A DNA stretch of 64,000 bases from an uncultured Faecalibacterium sp. Its GTDB lineage: Bacteria > Bacillota > Clostridia > Christensenellales > Aristaeellaceae. The stretch lies in assembly GCA_964464815.1 (NCBI GenBank), contig CAYXHF010000004.1, positions 2,483-66,482 on the forward strand, given 5' to 3'. The position numbers and the translations under genes are program-made. The notes beneath the pieces were generated by a model. The model was given only the letters and a program-made list of their open reading frames with translations. It was not told where the DNA came from and did no database searches. Position 1 is the first letter of the stretch; every line of letters begins with the position of its first letter. Positions 38,588-46,908 of this stretch are shown piece by piece.

Positions 38588-38616
38588 TTGTCAACCGGCA
38601 GAAAAATGGCTATAAT
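38588..38616 (+). promoter_or_regulatory. candidate sigma-A promoter of lgt
   Basis: TTGTCA (38588-38593), 17-nt spacer, TATAAT (38611-38616). Confidence 0.5.
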
Positions 38617-38676
38617 ATACTGTGCGTAGCTATGCAACTTGCTTCGCGCTGTACATGGAAGGAGAACCCTTATCTG

Positions 38677-39747
38677 ATGAAAAAAACGAATTGGGCGGCC
38701 ATTTCGGGCTGCATTGCCTTGCTTATCCTTGTTCCGGCAGCTGTGCTGCTGCTTGTGCCGTCCTCGTCGGCCAAAATCGTCGATTTCTTCCAGCCGCTTT
38801 ATGAGGTGGAAGATCCTTATACGCAATTCTGCCTGACGCGCTATGGCCTTGGTGCGGCCATCAGCACGCTGGCTGGTCTGGCGCTGACGCTTGTTTGCGC
38901 CCGTCGTCATCCACTTTCGCGCCGCACGGCGATGTGCCTGTGGGGTGCATTGGGTGCGCTGCTGGGCGCGCGACTGCTGTATATCGGCGCACGCTTTTCC
39001 TATATTCTGGCGGACTTGGGCGGCGCGTCGTTCTTCTGGCAGTTCTGGCAGGGCGGCTATACGCTCTACGGCGGCATTCTGGGCGGTATGGCGGCACTGG
39101 CCATTTACGCCCGCGTGACAAAGCAATCACTCCTGCCACTGCTGGATGATGTGACGCCCGGTGCGTTGCTGGTGCTTGTGGGCCTGCGCCTGAGCGAAAG
39201 CGTCTCCGGTCAGGGCACGAGCAAGCTGATTGAGGACATCGGCCTTTCCTTCCTGCCCTTCCAGCGGATTGGCGAGTACGACACGGTGCTGTGCGTCTGG
39301 GCGTATGAAGCGCTTGTGGCGGCGATTGCGCTGCTGGTCGTGCTGGTGATGCGTCGCCGCGTGCAGCCCACTGGTCGCATGCTGGAAACGGGTCTGAGCA
39401 TCATCAGCATCGCACAGGTGATGCTGGATTCCTGGCGCGCAGACGAGCTGATTCGCTTCGGCTTTGTCCGGCTGAACATGCTCATGGCGGCAGGTGTCCT
39501 GGTGGTGATTCTGGCCACGCGTCTGGTTCGCCTGATTCGTCAGGGTGCGTCCAAGGGGCTGTGCATTGCCCGTGCGGTCACGTTCGTGGCGGGTGCCGGC
39601 ATTTGCATCGCCATCGAATTCGCGCTGGACAAGTCGCCCATTGATAACGGTCTTTTGTATCTTGTGATGACAGCTGTTCTGGCGCTGATGCTCATCGCCA
39701 TGCTGCTGGGTGACGGCAGAATCCCTGACGCCAAAGAAAGGAATTAA
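38677..39747 (+). CDS. lgt: prolipoprotein diacylglyceryl transferase-like membrane protein
   Basis: GGYTLYGGILGGMAALAIY resembles the conserved Lgt G-rich motif. Multi-TM protein. The ATG at 38677 is preferred (MKKTNWAAISG). Confidence 0.7.
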   Translation: MKKTNWAAISGCIALLILVPAAVLLLVPSSSAKIVDFFQPLYEVEDPYTQFCLTRYGLGAAISTLAGLALTLVCARRHPLSRRTAMCLWGALGALLGARLLYIGARFSYILADLGGASFFWQFWQGGYTLYGGILGGMAALAIYARVTKQSLLPLLDDVTPGALLVLVGLRLSESVSGQGTSKLIEDIGLSFLPFQRIGEYDTVLCVWAYEALVAAIALLVVLVMRRRVQPTGRMLETGLSIISIAQVMLDSWRADELIRFGFVRLNMLMAAGVLVVILATRLVRLIRQGASKGLCIARAVTFVAGAGICIAIEFALDKSPIDNGLLYLVMTAVLALMLIAMLLGDGRIPDAKERN

Positions 39748-39750
39748 ACC

Positions 39751-40548
39751 ATGCAGGTAACACAACCGAAGGAAATTTACCGCGGTATCCCGAAGGAAGA
39801 CGTTTTCTTCGTCCTGGATGACATGGGCACGCAGATTGGCGAAGGATATCTGATTTATCAGTACCAGCCGGCTATTTTCCCGCAGCGTCCTGTCAATATT
39901 TATTTCTCCATGAATGCCACGCCGCAGGGCGAATACATGCTGCTGGGTTCTCTGGCGGCGCGGGCGCGTCTGCTGCGCGCACAGCATCCCAATGCACCGG
40001 CGCGCCTGTACACCAACGTCCAGCCGCAGGATACGCAGAAGCTGACCTTTTTGCAGCACAATGGCTTTGACATGAATCACACCGAGGATTTACTGCGCCT
40101 GAACCAGCCCGCAGAGGTGCCGCAGATTTTCAACACCGCCTGTGTGCCTGTGCCTGTCAACACGACCGCGGAGCAGATGAATGTGGTCAACTGCATGCGT
40201 AACGCGGGCTTCAGCTACTTCGACCACGGTTTCCTGCTGCAACAGCTCAATCGCCCGAACAATATCGTTCTGGGCCTGCTCTACGGCTCGAATCTGGTGG
40301 GCATGTGCGTTGCCGCAGGACAGTATTCCTCAGCCGAGGTCATGGGCCTGTACATTGAGCCGGCCTTCCAGCACCGCAGCATGGGCACGCAGCTGCTCGC
40401 CCGCACGCAGCAGGCACTGAGCAGCATGGGCGTGAACGAATTGACCATGCGCATCATGAACGACAGCGCTCCGCAAGCTCATCTGGCGCAGCGCTTCCAG
40501 TGCGAGCTGATTGAGCACACCACGATTTTCCCGTCGATGCAGATTTAA
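39751..40548 (+). CDS. GNAT family N-acetyltransferase
   Basis: C-terminal acetyl-CoA binding pattern MGLYIEPAFQHRSMGTQLLARTQQAL. Confidence 0.75.
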   Translation: MQVTQPKEIYRGIPKEDVFFVLDDMGTQIGEGYLIYQYQPAIFPQRPVNIYFSMNATPQGEYMLLGSLAARARLLRAQHPNAPARLYTNVQPQDTQKLTFLQHNGFDMNHTEDLLRLNQPAEVPQIFNTACVPVPVNTTAEQMNVVNCMRNAGFSYFDHGFLLQQLNRPNNIVLGLLYGSNLVGMCVAAGQYSSAEVMGLYIEPAFQHRSMGTQLLARTQQALSSMGVNELTMRIMNDSAPQAHLAQRFQCELIEHTTIFPSMQI

Positions 40549-40570
40549 TCACACACATCATCATCAAAGC

Positions 40571-40610
40571 GGCCACGGACAGATGCACAGCGGATGTCTG
40601 TGGCTTTCTT
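40571..40610 (+). terminator. intrinsic terminator after the GNAT gene
   Basis: 10-bp stem GCCACGGACA / TGTCTGTGGC (one G-U), followed by TTTCTTT. Confidence 0.55.
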
Positions 40611-40637
40611 TGCACAACAAAACGGAGGTACACCCGC

Positions 40638-41507
40638 ATGTCCACCTGCTCCATCAAGGACTATCGCTATGATGGTTCATCCAAGCTTTCCCTGCGCGAT
40701 ATTCCCACCGGTGCGCCCAACATCATCAACAAAAGTGCCCTGAAGGCCAAGACGCTGGAAAACATGTCTGTGGCGGCTCTCCTGCAAGACCGTCTGTATG
40801 CAGAAGGCAAAGAAGGGCTGGTCATTGCCCTGCAAGCACGCGATGCCGCAGGGAAGGACAGCCTCATCAAGAAGGTATTCGGCTTGCTCAATCCGGCGGC
40901 GCTGGAGGTGCATTCCTTCAAAGGCCCGAGCAAGGAGGAGCTGAGCCACGATTACCTCTGGCGCATCAACAAGGCGCTGCCGCCGCGTGGCAAAATCGGC
41001 ATCTTCAACCGCAGTCAGTATGAGGATGTGCTTGTCACCCGCGTCCACCACATGGAAACGGGCTATGCCATGCCCGAGCGTGTCACGCAGGACAGCGAAT
41101 TCTATCAGAAGCGCTATCGCCAGCTGCGCAACTGGGAGCAGTACCTCTACGAAAACGGCTATCGCGTCATCAAGGTGTATCTGAACATCAGCAAGGAGGA
41201 GCAGCGCAACCGCTTCCTCGACCGCCTGGAGCGTGAAGACAAGCACTGGAAGATTTCCGTCAACGACATGCGGGAGCGTCAGCTCTGGAAGCAGTATGAC
41301 GAGGCGTTTGAGGACGCCATCAACGCCACCGCCACACGCGAATCGCCCTGGTACGTGCTGCCTGCGGATGACAAGTGGTTCACGCGCTATCTGATGAGTG
41401 AGCTTTTGCTTTCCGTTCTGGAGGACATGCACCCGGAATATCCGCCGCTTGACCCGGCAGAGGCCGCGAAGGTGCCTGCGCTGATTTCCGAGCTGGAAAG
41501 CGAGTAA
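40638..41507 (+). CDS. ppk2: polyphosphate kinase 2 family protein
   Basis: ALQARDAAGKDS (Walker A-like), SHDYLWRINKALPPRGKIGIFNRSQYEDVL. Size and motifs are typical of PPK2. Confidence 0.85.
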   Translation: MSTCSIKDYRYDGSSKLSLRDIPTGAPNIINKSALKAKTLENMSVAALLQDRLYAEGKEGLVIALQARDAAGKDSLIKKVFGLLNPAALEVHSFKGPSKEELSHDYLWRINKALPPRGKIGIFNRSQYEDVLVTRVHHMETGYAMPERVTQDSEFYQKRYRQLRNWEQYLYENGYRVIKVYLNISKEEQRNRFLDRLEREDKHWKISVNDMRERQLWKQYDEAFEDAINATATRESPWYVLPADDKWFTRYLMSELLLSVLEDMHPEYPPLDPAEAAKVPALISELESE

Positions 41508-41755
41508 GCAGCACAGGCTTACAGGCTTTTCCAGATGCGGAAGAGACACACTTTTCTGTGTACAAACCCTCTTGATTTCAGAGGCATTTTACGCTATCCT
41601 TGATATTGGCCGGTATGTGTACATTGCCCGCAGCAGCGGATGCCACGTTCCGTACCGGATACCAAAGATGCCGATTTCTCAACAGTTATCGGCATACGCT
41701 ACGCATGAGTTATCATATCACGGAAGAAGCTCCTTCTGAATGGAGGAGAGTGGCT

Positions 41756-41802
41756 CACAGCCATCGTCCGCACACAAATTGCGCACGATGGCTGTGTCTT
41801 TT
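41756..41802 (+). terminator. terminator-like hairpin 1 in a 0.5-kb noncoding region
   Basis: 12-bp stem CACAGCCATCGT / ACGATGGCTGTG with a 17-nt loop, followed by TCTTTTCC. Confidence 0.45.
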
Positions 41803-41891
41803 CCGACTTCTGTCTGTGATTTTTCATCCTCTGCGTATAAAAGAAAAACTGTTCGGCCTGCACTCCAACAGTCTTTTCTTCCTTCCGGATG

Positions 41892-41934
41892 ATCCCGGCT
41901 CTGCACCACGCAGAGCCGGGATATTGATTTTTTT
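41892..41934 (+). terminator. terminator-like hairpin 2 in a 0.5-kb noncoding region
   Basis: 13-bp stem ATCCCGGCTCTGC / GCAGAGCCGGGAT with a 5-nt loop. A T7 run starts 5 nt after the stem. Confidence 0.5.
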
Positions 41935-42034
41935 CCACGTTTCCAGCAGGAAAACCGGAAATTGCGTAGAATATCGTCTGTATCATGCGCCAAGGTTTTT
42001 TGCCGCATGCAGAAAAGCAAAAGGAGGTTGCATC

Positions 42035-42295
42035 ATGGCGGAGATTCTCGAATTCAAGTTTGACACGCAGCTGCTCATCGAAGGCCACGACCTGGATGAG
42101 GATGCCATCAACGATTATATTACCGAGCATTTCAAGGGCGACTGTCTGCTGGCTGTGGGTGATGATGAGCTGATCAAGATTCACTTCCACACCAACGAGC
42201 CGTGGCAGGTGCTGGAATACTGCGCTTCTCTGGGCGAAATCCACGACATCGTGGTGGAGAACATGCAGTTGCAGAGCGAAGGTCAGCACGGCTGA
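42035..42295 (+). CDS. 86-aa stand-alone protein resembling the central domain of FakA/YloV (DAK2-fusion) proteins
   Basis: AAGGAGG lies 7 nt before the ATG at 42035. LIKIHFHTNEPWQVLEYCASLGEIHDIVVENMQLQ resembles the V-H-V-H-T-N...ENM segment of YloV/FakA. The similarity is recalled, not searched. Confidence 0.55.
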   Translation: MAEILEFKFDTQLLIEGHDLDEDAINDYITEHFKGDCLLAVGDDELIKIHFHTNEPWQVLEYCASLGEIHDIVVENMQLQSEGQHG

Positions 42296-42308
42296 TTCCG
42301 CTGCATAC

Positions 42309-42352
42309 AAAAAGACGCGAAGCATTTTTTACATGCTTTCGCGTCTTTTTTT
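42309..42352. terminator. bidirectional intrinsic terminator
   Basis: AAAAA, GACGCGAAGCAT, loop, ATGCTTTCGCGTC, TTTTTTT. Lies between convergent genes. Confidence 0.75.
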
Positions 42353-42354
42353 GA

Positions 42355-42897
42355 TTACCATGATAGCACGTGCGCCTGACGCAATCGCCGCTGTAGCAGC
42401 GTTCCCAGCATCACCGCCAGCGCGATTTTGATGGCATCTCCCATCAGAAACGGCGCGACACATGTCGCCACCGCCGCATAGAAGGACACGCCCGATTGGA
42501 TGCAGAACCAGACAGACCCCAGCAGATACAGCACCACTTCACCTGCCGCCATACACAGGCAATGCACCCAGCGCTTTTCGCTTCGTGCCATGAGGCTGCC
42601 TGCCACCGCCACCATCGGCAGATAGCCCAGCAGATAGCCACCGGTCGACCCAAGGAGCCTTCCCACGCCGCCCATATAGCCACTGAATACCGGCAGACCC
42701 AGCAGACCCAGCAGCAGATAAGCACCCGTGGCCATCGTTGCCTGACGCCATGGCAGCAGATACAGCATCAGAAACAGCACCAGCGTGCTCATGCTCACCG
42801 GCACAACACCCAGCGGCAGGGCAAGCGGTGCAATCACGCACAAAAGCGCGGTCATCAGCGCCATCATCACCCACATCCGCACACCCTTTCGCGGCAC
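42355..42897 (-). CDS. bioY: biotin transporter BioY (ECF S component)
   Basis: Typical BioY pattern GLLGLPVFSGYMGGVGRLLGSTGGYLLGY. A GTG at 42897 with GAGGAGG 8 nt upstream is preferred over the TTG at 42924. Confidence 0.8.
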   Translation of the reverse strand: MPRKGVRMWVMMALMTALLCVIAPLALPLGVVPVSMSTLVLFLMLYLLPWRQATMATGAYLLLGLLGLPVFSGYMGGVGRLLGSTGGYLLGYLPMVAVAGSLMARSEKRWVHCLCMAAGEVVLYLLGSVWFCIQSGVSFYAAVATCVAPFLMGDAIKIALAVMLGTLLQRRLRQAHVLSW

Positions 42898-42936
42898 AAA
42901 AAAAGCCTCCTCAACGTCAACCAAATCTTTCGATTC

Positions 42937-42965
42937 AGTTTACCATTGAGAAGGGCTTTTGTCAA
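42937..42965 (-). promoter_or_regulatory. candidate sigma-A promoter of bioY
   Basis: On the minus strand: TTGACA (42965-42960), 17-nt spacer, TAAACT (42942-42937). Confidence 0.45.
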
Positions 42966-42983
42966 GAAACCGTGCTTATACTA

Positions 42984-43197
42984 ATTTACGTCTAAAACAT
43001 GACACCGAGCATCGTGGATTTTTCTCTCTGGCAAAGCTGAGTGCCACGAGGCGTACTGGAGGTACGCGCGAACGGAACGAAGCAAAGCCAGATGGAGGTC
43101 AGGCTTTTGCCTGACTAGCGCCGGGCTTTGCCCGGTGATGGCCGATGCGGAACAATCCGCTGTGCGAATGTCATGGGGTAGATGAAAATTAGTATTA
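42984..43197. repeat. 214-nt structured dispersed repeat C, copy 1 (candidate ncRNA or mobile element)
   Basis: Aligns without gaps to 62423-62636, with about 16 mismatches by hand count. Closing stem CATGACA (42998-43004) / TGTCATG (43169-43175). Hairpins at 43051-43067, 43098-43115 and 43121-43135. Confidence 0.85.
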
Positions 43198-43578
43198 CTG
43201 CTTCTTTTCGCCATTACGCTCGGCCATCAGACGGCAAATCGCATCGAACGATTCCTCCGACAGGTCGTGCTCAATTTTGCAGGCATCCTCGCGCGCAATT
43301 TCTTCATCCACACCAAGGCTGATAAAAAAGTTCGCCAACGTCTTATGGCGCGCATAAATGCTCCGCGCAATTTCCATGCCCATTGGCGTCAGCTTAATGA
43401 GGTTATCCTCATCCATAGTCAAATAACCGTTTTCGCGAAGGCGCTTCATCGCCACGCTGACAGAAGGCTTCGTCACGCCCAGCAGCAGCGAAATATCCAC
43501 CGAACGCGCATAGCCTTTGGACTCCGTCAGGCGCAATATGGCCTCCAGATAATCCTCCGAAGATTCGTGAATGTTCAT
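43195..43578 (-). CDS. DtxR/MntR family metal-dependent transcriptional regulator
   Basis: SEDYLEAILRL..., HTH region ARSVDISLLLGVTKPSVSVAMKRLRENGYL, and metal-site region ARHKTLANFF...EDACKIEHDLS. AAAGGAG lies before the ATG at 43578. Confidence 0.85.
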   Translation of the reverse strand: MNIHESSEDYLEAILRLTESKGYARSVDISLLLGVTKPSVSVAMKRLRENGYLTMDEDNLIKLTPMGMEIARSIYARHKTLANFFISLGVDEEIAREDACKIEHDLSEESFDAICRLMAERNGEKKQ

Positions 43579-43619
43579 GGGTACTCCTTTCAAAGCAAGC
43601 TAGCTTTGCCTTTTTTACT

Positions 43620-43648
43620 ATTGTATCATCAGACTGCGGAAATTGCAA
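43620..43648 (-). promoter_or_regulatory. candidate sigma-A promoter of the DtxR/MntR gene
   Basis: On the minus strand: TTGCAA (43648-43643), 17-nt spacer, TACAAT (43625-43620). The near-perfect 18-bp palindrome CAAAGCAAGCTAGCTTTG at 43591-43608 lies between this promoter and the SD. Confidence 0.5.
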
Positions 43649-43657
43649 GTTTTTCCG

Positions 43658-44662
43658 TCAGCGCTGCGCATCCTCCCATGCACGGCGAATGGCCGTGAGA
43701 ATATCGCCATGCTCATCCCGCAGGGACATCGTGGCCGACGATACCACGTCCGACGCCATCGCCCGATCCGCCTCGGACAGCGCCTGCCACTTCGTCTGGT
43801 CGGCCTCCTCCTGGTTTTCTGCACGCAGCGGACGGCCGTTTTCCGCGGAGAAGTATGTGCCGAACCACGCTTCCACCTCATCCACGGTCTTGCCAATCAT
43901 CATCTGCTCATACGCGTCCATCTGCTTTGCCCAGGAACCGCTTGTCAGCTGGTAATTGTCGCCACGGGCGCGTTTGCTCGTCCAAGCGGCAATTTCCTGC
44001 ATGAACTGATCCTCGCTGTCCTCCGTATGGCCGACCACCTTGCCCTGCGCATCGTCCCACAGGGAATAGCCGCCCTGGCCCGGAAAGCCGCCAAACTGCG
44101 GCATATCGGCCGTGCTGCTATTGGGCGTTGCAACCTCCAGCTGGTCAACGGCCATGGATACAATGCGTCCCTGCGCATCAAACTGACCATGGGCGAAAAC
44201 AACGTTGAAGGAATAGACCTGTCCATCCTCGTCATCCTTACCCGGGCCAACGCGTCCTGTGGCCACCATGCCAATGCCATCCCGCAGCGTCTGCTCCTGA
44301 TTCTGCATAGGATTCGTTCCCGTGCTTTCCAGCGCCATCCGGACGGCTTCCCGCAAGGCCGTGCTGGTGACAGTCGCACCGGACACGCCATCAACATCCC
44401 ACGTGTTCAGCCGCACCATTTCATCTGGCATGATTTCCAGCGCGCGACTGCCCACGCCATCCGTCTCATGCTGTTCCAGCACATTGACCGCACCAATCGT
44501 TTCGCCATTCATCGTCACCTGCACGCGCAACGTGCCGCCATACCCTTCCGCCTGACCGGTGCGCATATCCGCCATCGCACTACAGCCTGCCAGCAAGGCC
44601 ACCATGCTCCCCAGCAGCAGCGCCGTCCAAAGCCATCGTCTTGTTTTGCCATGATTTCGCAT
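43658..44662 (-). CDS. FMN-binding domain lipoprotein
   Basis: Lipobox LLAGCS. FMN_bind motif DGVSGATVTSTAL and a second degenerate copy VVSSATMS. Confidence 0.7.
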   Translation of the reverse strand: MRNHGKTRRWLWTALLLGSMVALLAGCSAMADMRTGQAEGYGGTLRVQVTMNGETIGAVNVLEQHETDGVGSRALEIMPDEMVRLNTWDVDGVSGATVTSTALREAVRMALESTGTNPMQNQEQTLRDGIGMVATGRVGPGKDDEDGQVYSFNVVFAHGQFDAQGRIVSMAVDQLEVATPNSSTADMPQFGGFPGQGGYSLWDDAQGKVVGHTEDSEDQFMQEIAAWTSKRARGDNYQLTSGSWAKQMDAYEQMMIGKTVDEVEAWFGTYFSAENGRPLRAENQEEADQTKWQALSEADRAMASDVVSSATMSLRDEHGDILTAIRRAWEDAQR

Positions 44663-44819
44663 GAAAAATTCCCTTCCTTTCCCGATTTGCAGGGAAAACT
44701 GCCCCTGTGACACTTGGAGTATGTCCGGAGTAAGCGGCTTTCATGCGCGGCGGAAGGAGATTTGTTTGCGGAGGCGTGGGCGCTTCGCTTGGTGCTTGTT
44801 TTTGGGTGGCGAGGACAAT

Positions 44820-44867
44820 CCCTCAGTCAGCCAGAGCGGCTGACAGCTCCCTTTACACAAGGGAGCC
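44820..44867. repeat. solo copy of the hairpin-pair arm module of repeat R
   Basis: CCCTCAGTC, then GTCAGCC-AGAGC-GGCTGAC, then GCTCCCTT-TACAC-AAGGGAGC. Same order and spacing as the R left arm at 1675-1718. Confidence 0.6.
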
Positions 44868-45138
44868 TGTGCTGAGCCGACGTGGTTTGTTCTATAAATG
44901 CAATCTGTTAGCATGCTATGATATATTGTTCCAATCAGAGGCAACCCGAAGGGGTTTAAGGGGGCGACCGGAAATCCCCCTGGGCGGCAGACACAAACCA
45001 GTAACTCGGAGAAAGTCAATCCCCAAGCAAACGCTCCCAACCTCCCAAAATAAATCAAAAATTTCATGAAAAGTTCTTCCTAAATTCATGAAAGCGCCTT
45101 ATAATACAGAACGCAAGAAAAAGAAGGAGGGAAAAACG

Positions 45139-46908
45139 ATGCTTCGGATTTTGAAGCACCTGACATGGAAGGAATGGCTTCTCGTGCTTTGTAGCGTGGT
45201 CCTGATTGTGGGCCAGGTGCAGCTCGACCTTGCTTTGCCTGACTATATGTCGGAAATCACTCGACTGGTGCAGACGGACGGTAGCGCCATGCGTGACATT
45301 TTGCTCTCTGGTGGCAAAATGCTCCTGTGCGCACTCGGCTCGATGCTGCTGACCATCGGCACAACGTTCTTTACATCGCAAATTGCCTCGCGCTTCTCCG
45401 CGCGGCTGCGTGCCAAGGTTTATGGCAAGGTGGTCGGCTTCTCGAATGAGGAGATTAACCGCTTCTCCACCGCCAGCCTGATTACACGCTCCACCAACGA
45501 CATTTCGCAGCTGCAAATGTTCTTTTCCGTTGGCATGCAGTCGCTGATTAAGGCGCCCATCATGGCGTTTGTGGCGGTAGGGAAAATCAGCAGCAAGAGC
45601 TGGGAATGGACCCTGCTGACCGCCGGCACGATTGGCTTTGTGTGCATTCTGCTCGTCTTCATCATGATTTATGCCGTGCCGCGCATGAAGAAGATGCAGA
45701 CGCTGACGGATAACCTGAACCGCATCACGCGCGAAAACCTGACCGGCCTTCAGGTCGTGCGTGCCTATAACGCCGAAGGCTATCAGGAGGGCAAGTTCTC
45801 CCGCGCGAATGAGGAAATGACCCGCAATAGCCAGCAGGGCAATATCGCCATGTCCGTCATGAACCCGGGCATGAATATGGCCATGAACACGCTGACGCTG
45901 GGCATCTACTGGATTGGCGCGACGCTGATTAGCGCCGTGGCGTTGGACTCCGCAGCCGCCATGCAGCAGCGCATCGGCCTGTTCTCCGACATGGTGGTGT
46001 TCATGCAGTATGCCATGCAGGTCATTATGGCCTTCCTGATGCTGGTGATGCTGTTTGTGATGCTGCCGCGCGTGACCGTTTCGGCCAAGCGTATTAACGA
46101 GGTGCTGGACACGCAGGCGCGCATCCACGACGGCAAGGAGACGCAGGGCAAGCCCGGCATGAAGGGCGAAATCGAATTCCGCGATGTGTCCTTCCGCTAT
46201 CCCGATGCCGATGGCGACGCGGTGCATCATATCTCCTTCACCGCGCATCAGGGACAGACCGTGGCACTCATCGGCGCGACCGGCTGCGGCAAGAGCAGCA
46301 TCATCAACCTGATTCCGCGCCTGTTTGACGCCACCGATGGTCAGGTGCTGGTGGATGGTGTGGACGTGCGCGATTATACGCAGTCTGCCCTGCGCAGCAA
46401 GATTGGCTTTGTGCCGCAAAAGGCGTTCCTGTTCTCCGGCACGGTCAGCAGCAACGTCGGCTATGGCACGGAGGATGCCGCGACGGAAGCCGTCCACAAG
46501 GCGGTTCAAATTGCACAGGCGGCAGAATTTGTGGAATCGCAGGAGGTTGGCTACTCCGGCGCTGTGGCGCAGGGTGGCTCGAACTTCTCCGGCGGCCAGA
46601 AGCAGCGCCTGTCCATCGCCCGTGCAGTGGCGCGTGACCCGGAAATTCTGGTGTTTGACGACTCCTTCTCGGCGCTTGACTACAAGACCGACCGCACGCT
46701 GCGTGCTGCCCTGAAAGAGCAGACCAACGGCACGACCAACATCATCGTCGCCCAGCGTATCGGCACGATTCGCGACGCGGATTGCATTTTGGTCATTGAG
46801 GATGGCAAAATTGTGGGCAAGGGAACGCACAGCGAGCTGATGCAGTCCTGTCAGGTGTATCAGGAAATCGCGTATTCCCAGCTGTCAAAGGAGGAGCTTG
46901 CATCATGA
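45139..46908 (+). CDS. ABC exporter, fused permease/ATPase (heterodimer subunit 1)
   Basis: Six TM segments plus an NBD: GATGCGKSS, FSGGQKQRLSIARA, LVFDDSFSALD. AAGGAGG lies 8 nt before the ATG at 45139. Confidence 0.9.
   Translation: MLRILKHLTWKEWLLVLCSVVLIVGQVQLDLALPDYMSEITRLVQTDGSAMRDILLSGGKMLLCALGSMLLTIGTTFFTSQIASRFSARLRAKVYGKVVGFSNEEINRFSTASLITRSTNDISQLQMFFSVGMQSLIKAPIMAFVAVGKISSKSWEWTLLTAGTIGFVCILLVFIMIYAVPRMKKMQTLTDNLNRITRENLTGLQVVRAYNAEGYQEGKFSRANEEMTRNSQQGNIAMSVMNPGMNMAMNTLTLGIYWIGATLISAVALDSAAAMQQRIGLFSDMVVFMQYAMQVIMAFLMLVMLFVMLPRVTVSAKRINEVLDTQARIHDGKETQGKPGMKGEIEFRDVSFRYPDADGDAVHHISFTAHQGQTVALIGATGCGKSSIINLIPRLFDATDGQVLVDGVDVRDYTQSALRSKIGFVPQKAFLFSGTVSSNVGYGTEDAATEAVHKAVQIAQAAEFVESQEVGYSGAVAQGGSNFSGGQKQRLSIARAVARDPEILVFDDSFSALDYKTDRTLRAALKEQTNGTTNIIVAQRIGTIRDADCILVIEDGKIVGKGTHSELMQSCQVYQEIAYSQLSKEELAS

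Noticed and set aside
41600-42034. N-terminal 145 codons of the 231-aa ORF that ends at 42295
   Set aside because: No SD precedes the ATG at 41600. The frame runs through two terminator hairpins, and the composition is non-protein-like. A strong SD and ATG at 42035 define the real 86-aa gene.
42998-43117. A small protein encoded by repeat C (ATG in the closing stem; 39 codons open in copy 2)
   Set aside because: Copy 1 has an in-frame TGA after 13 codons. Differences between the copies are not biased to third codon positions, and no SD precedes the ATG.
42984-43197. Repeat C as 6S RNA, an SRP/tmRNA fragment, a T-box or an S-box riboswitch
   Set aside because: 6S would need one long interrupted helix pairing the 5' half with the 3' half, but the element forms several local hairpins instead. 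No T-box sequence (GGUGGNACCGCG), S-box core, SRP domain IV or tmRNA features are visible. Two 92 percent identical copies in unrelated contexts also argue against a housekeeping RNA.
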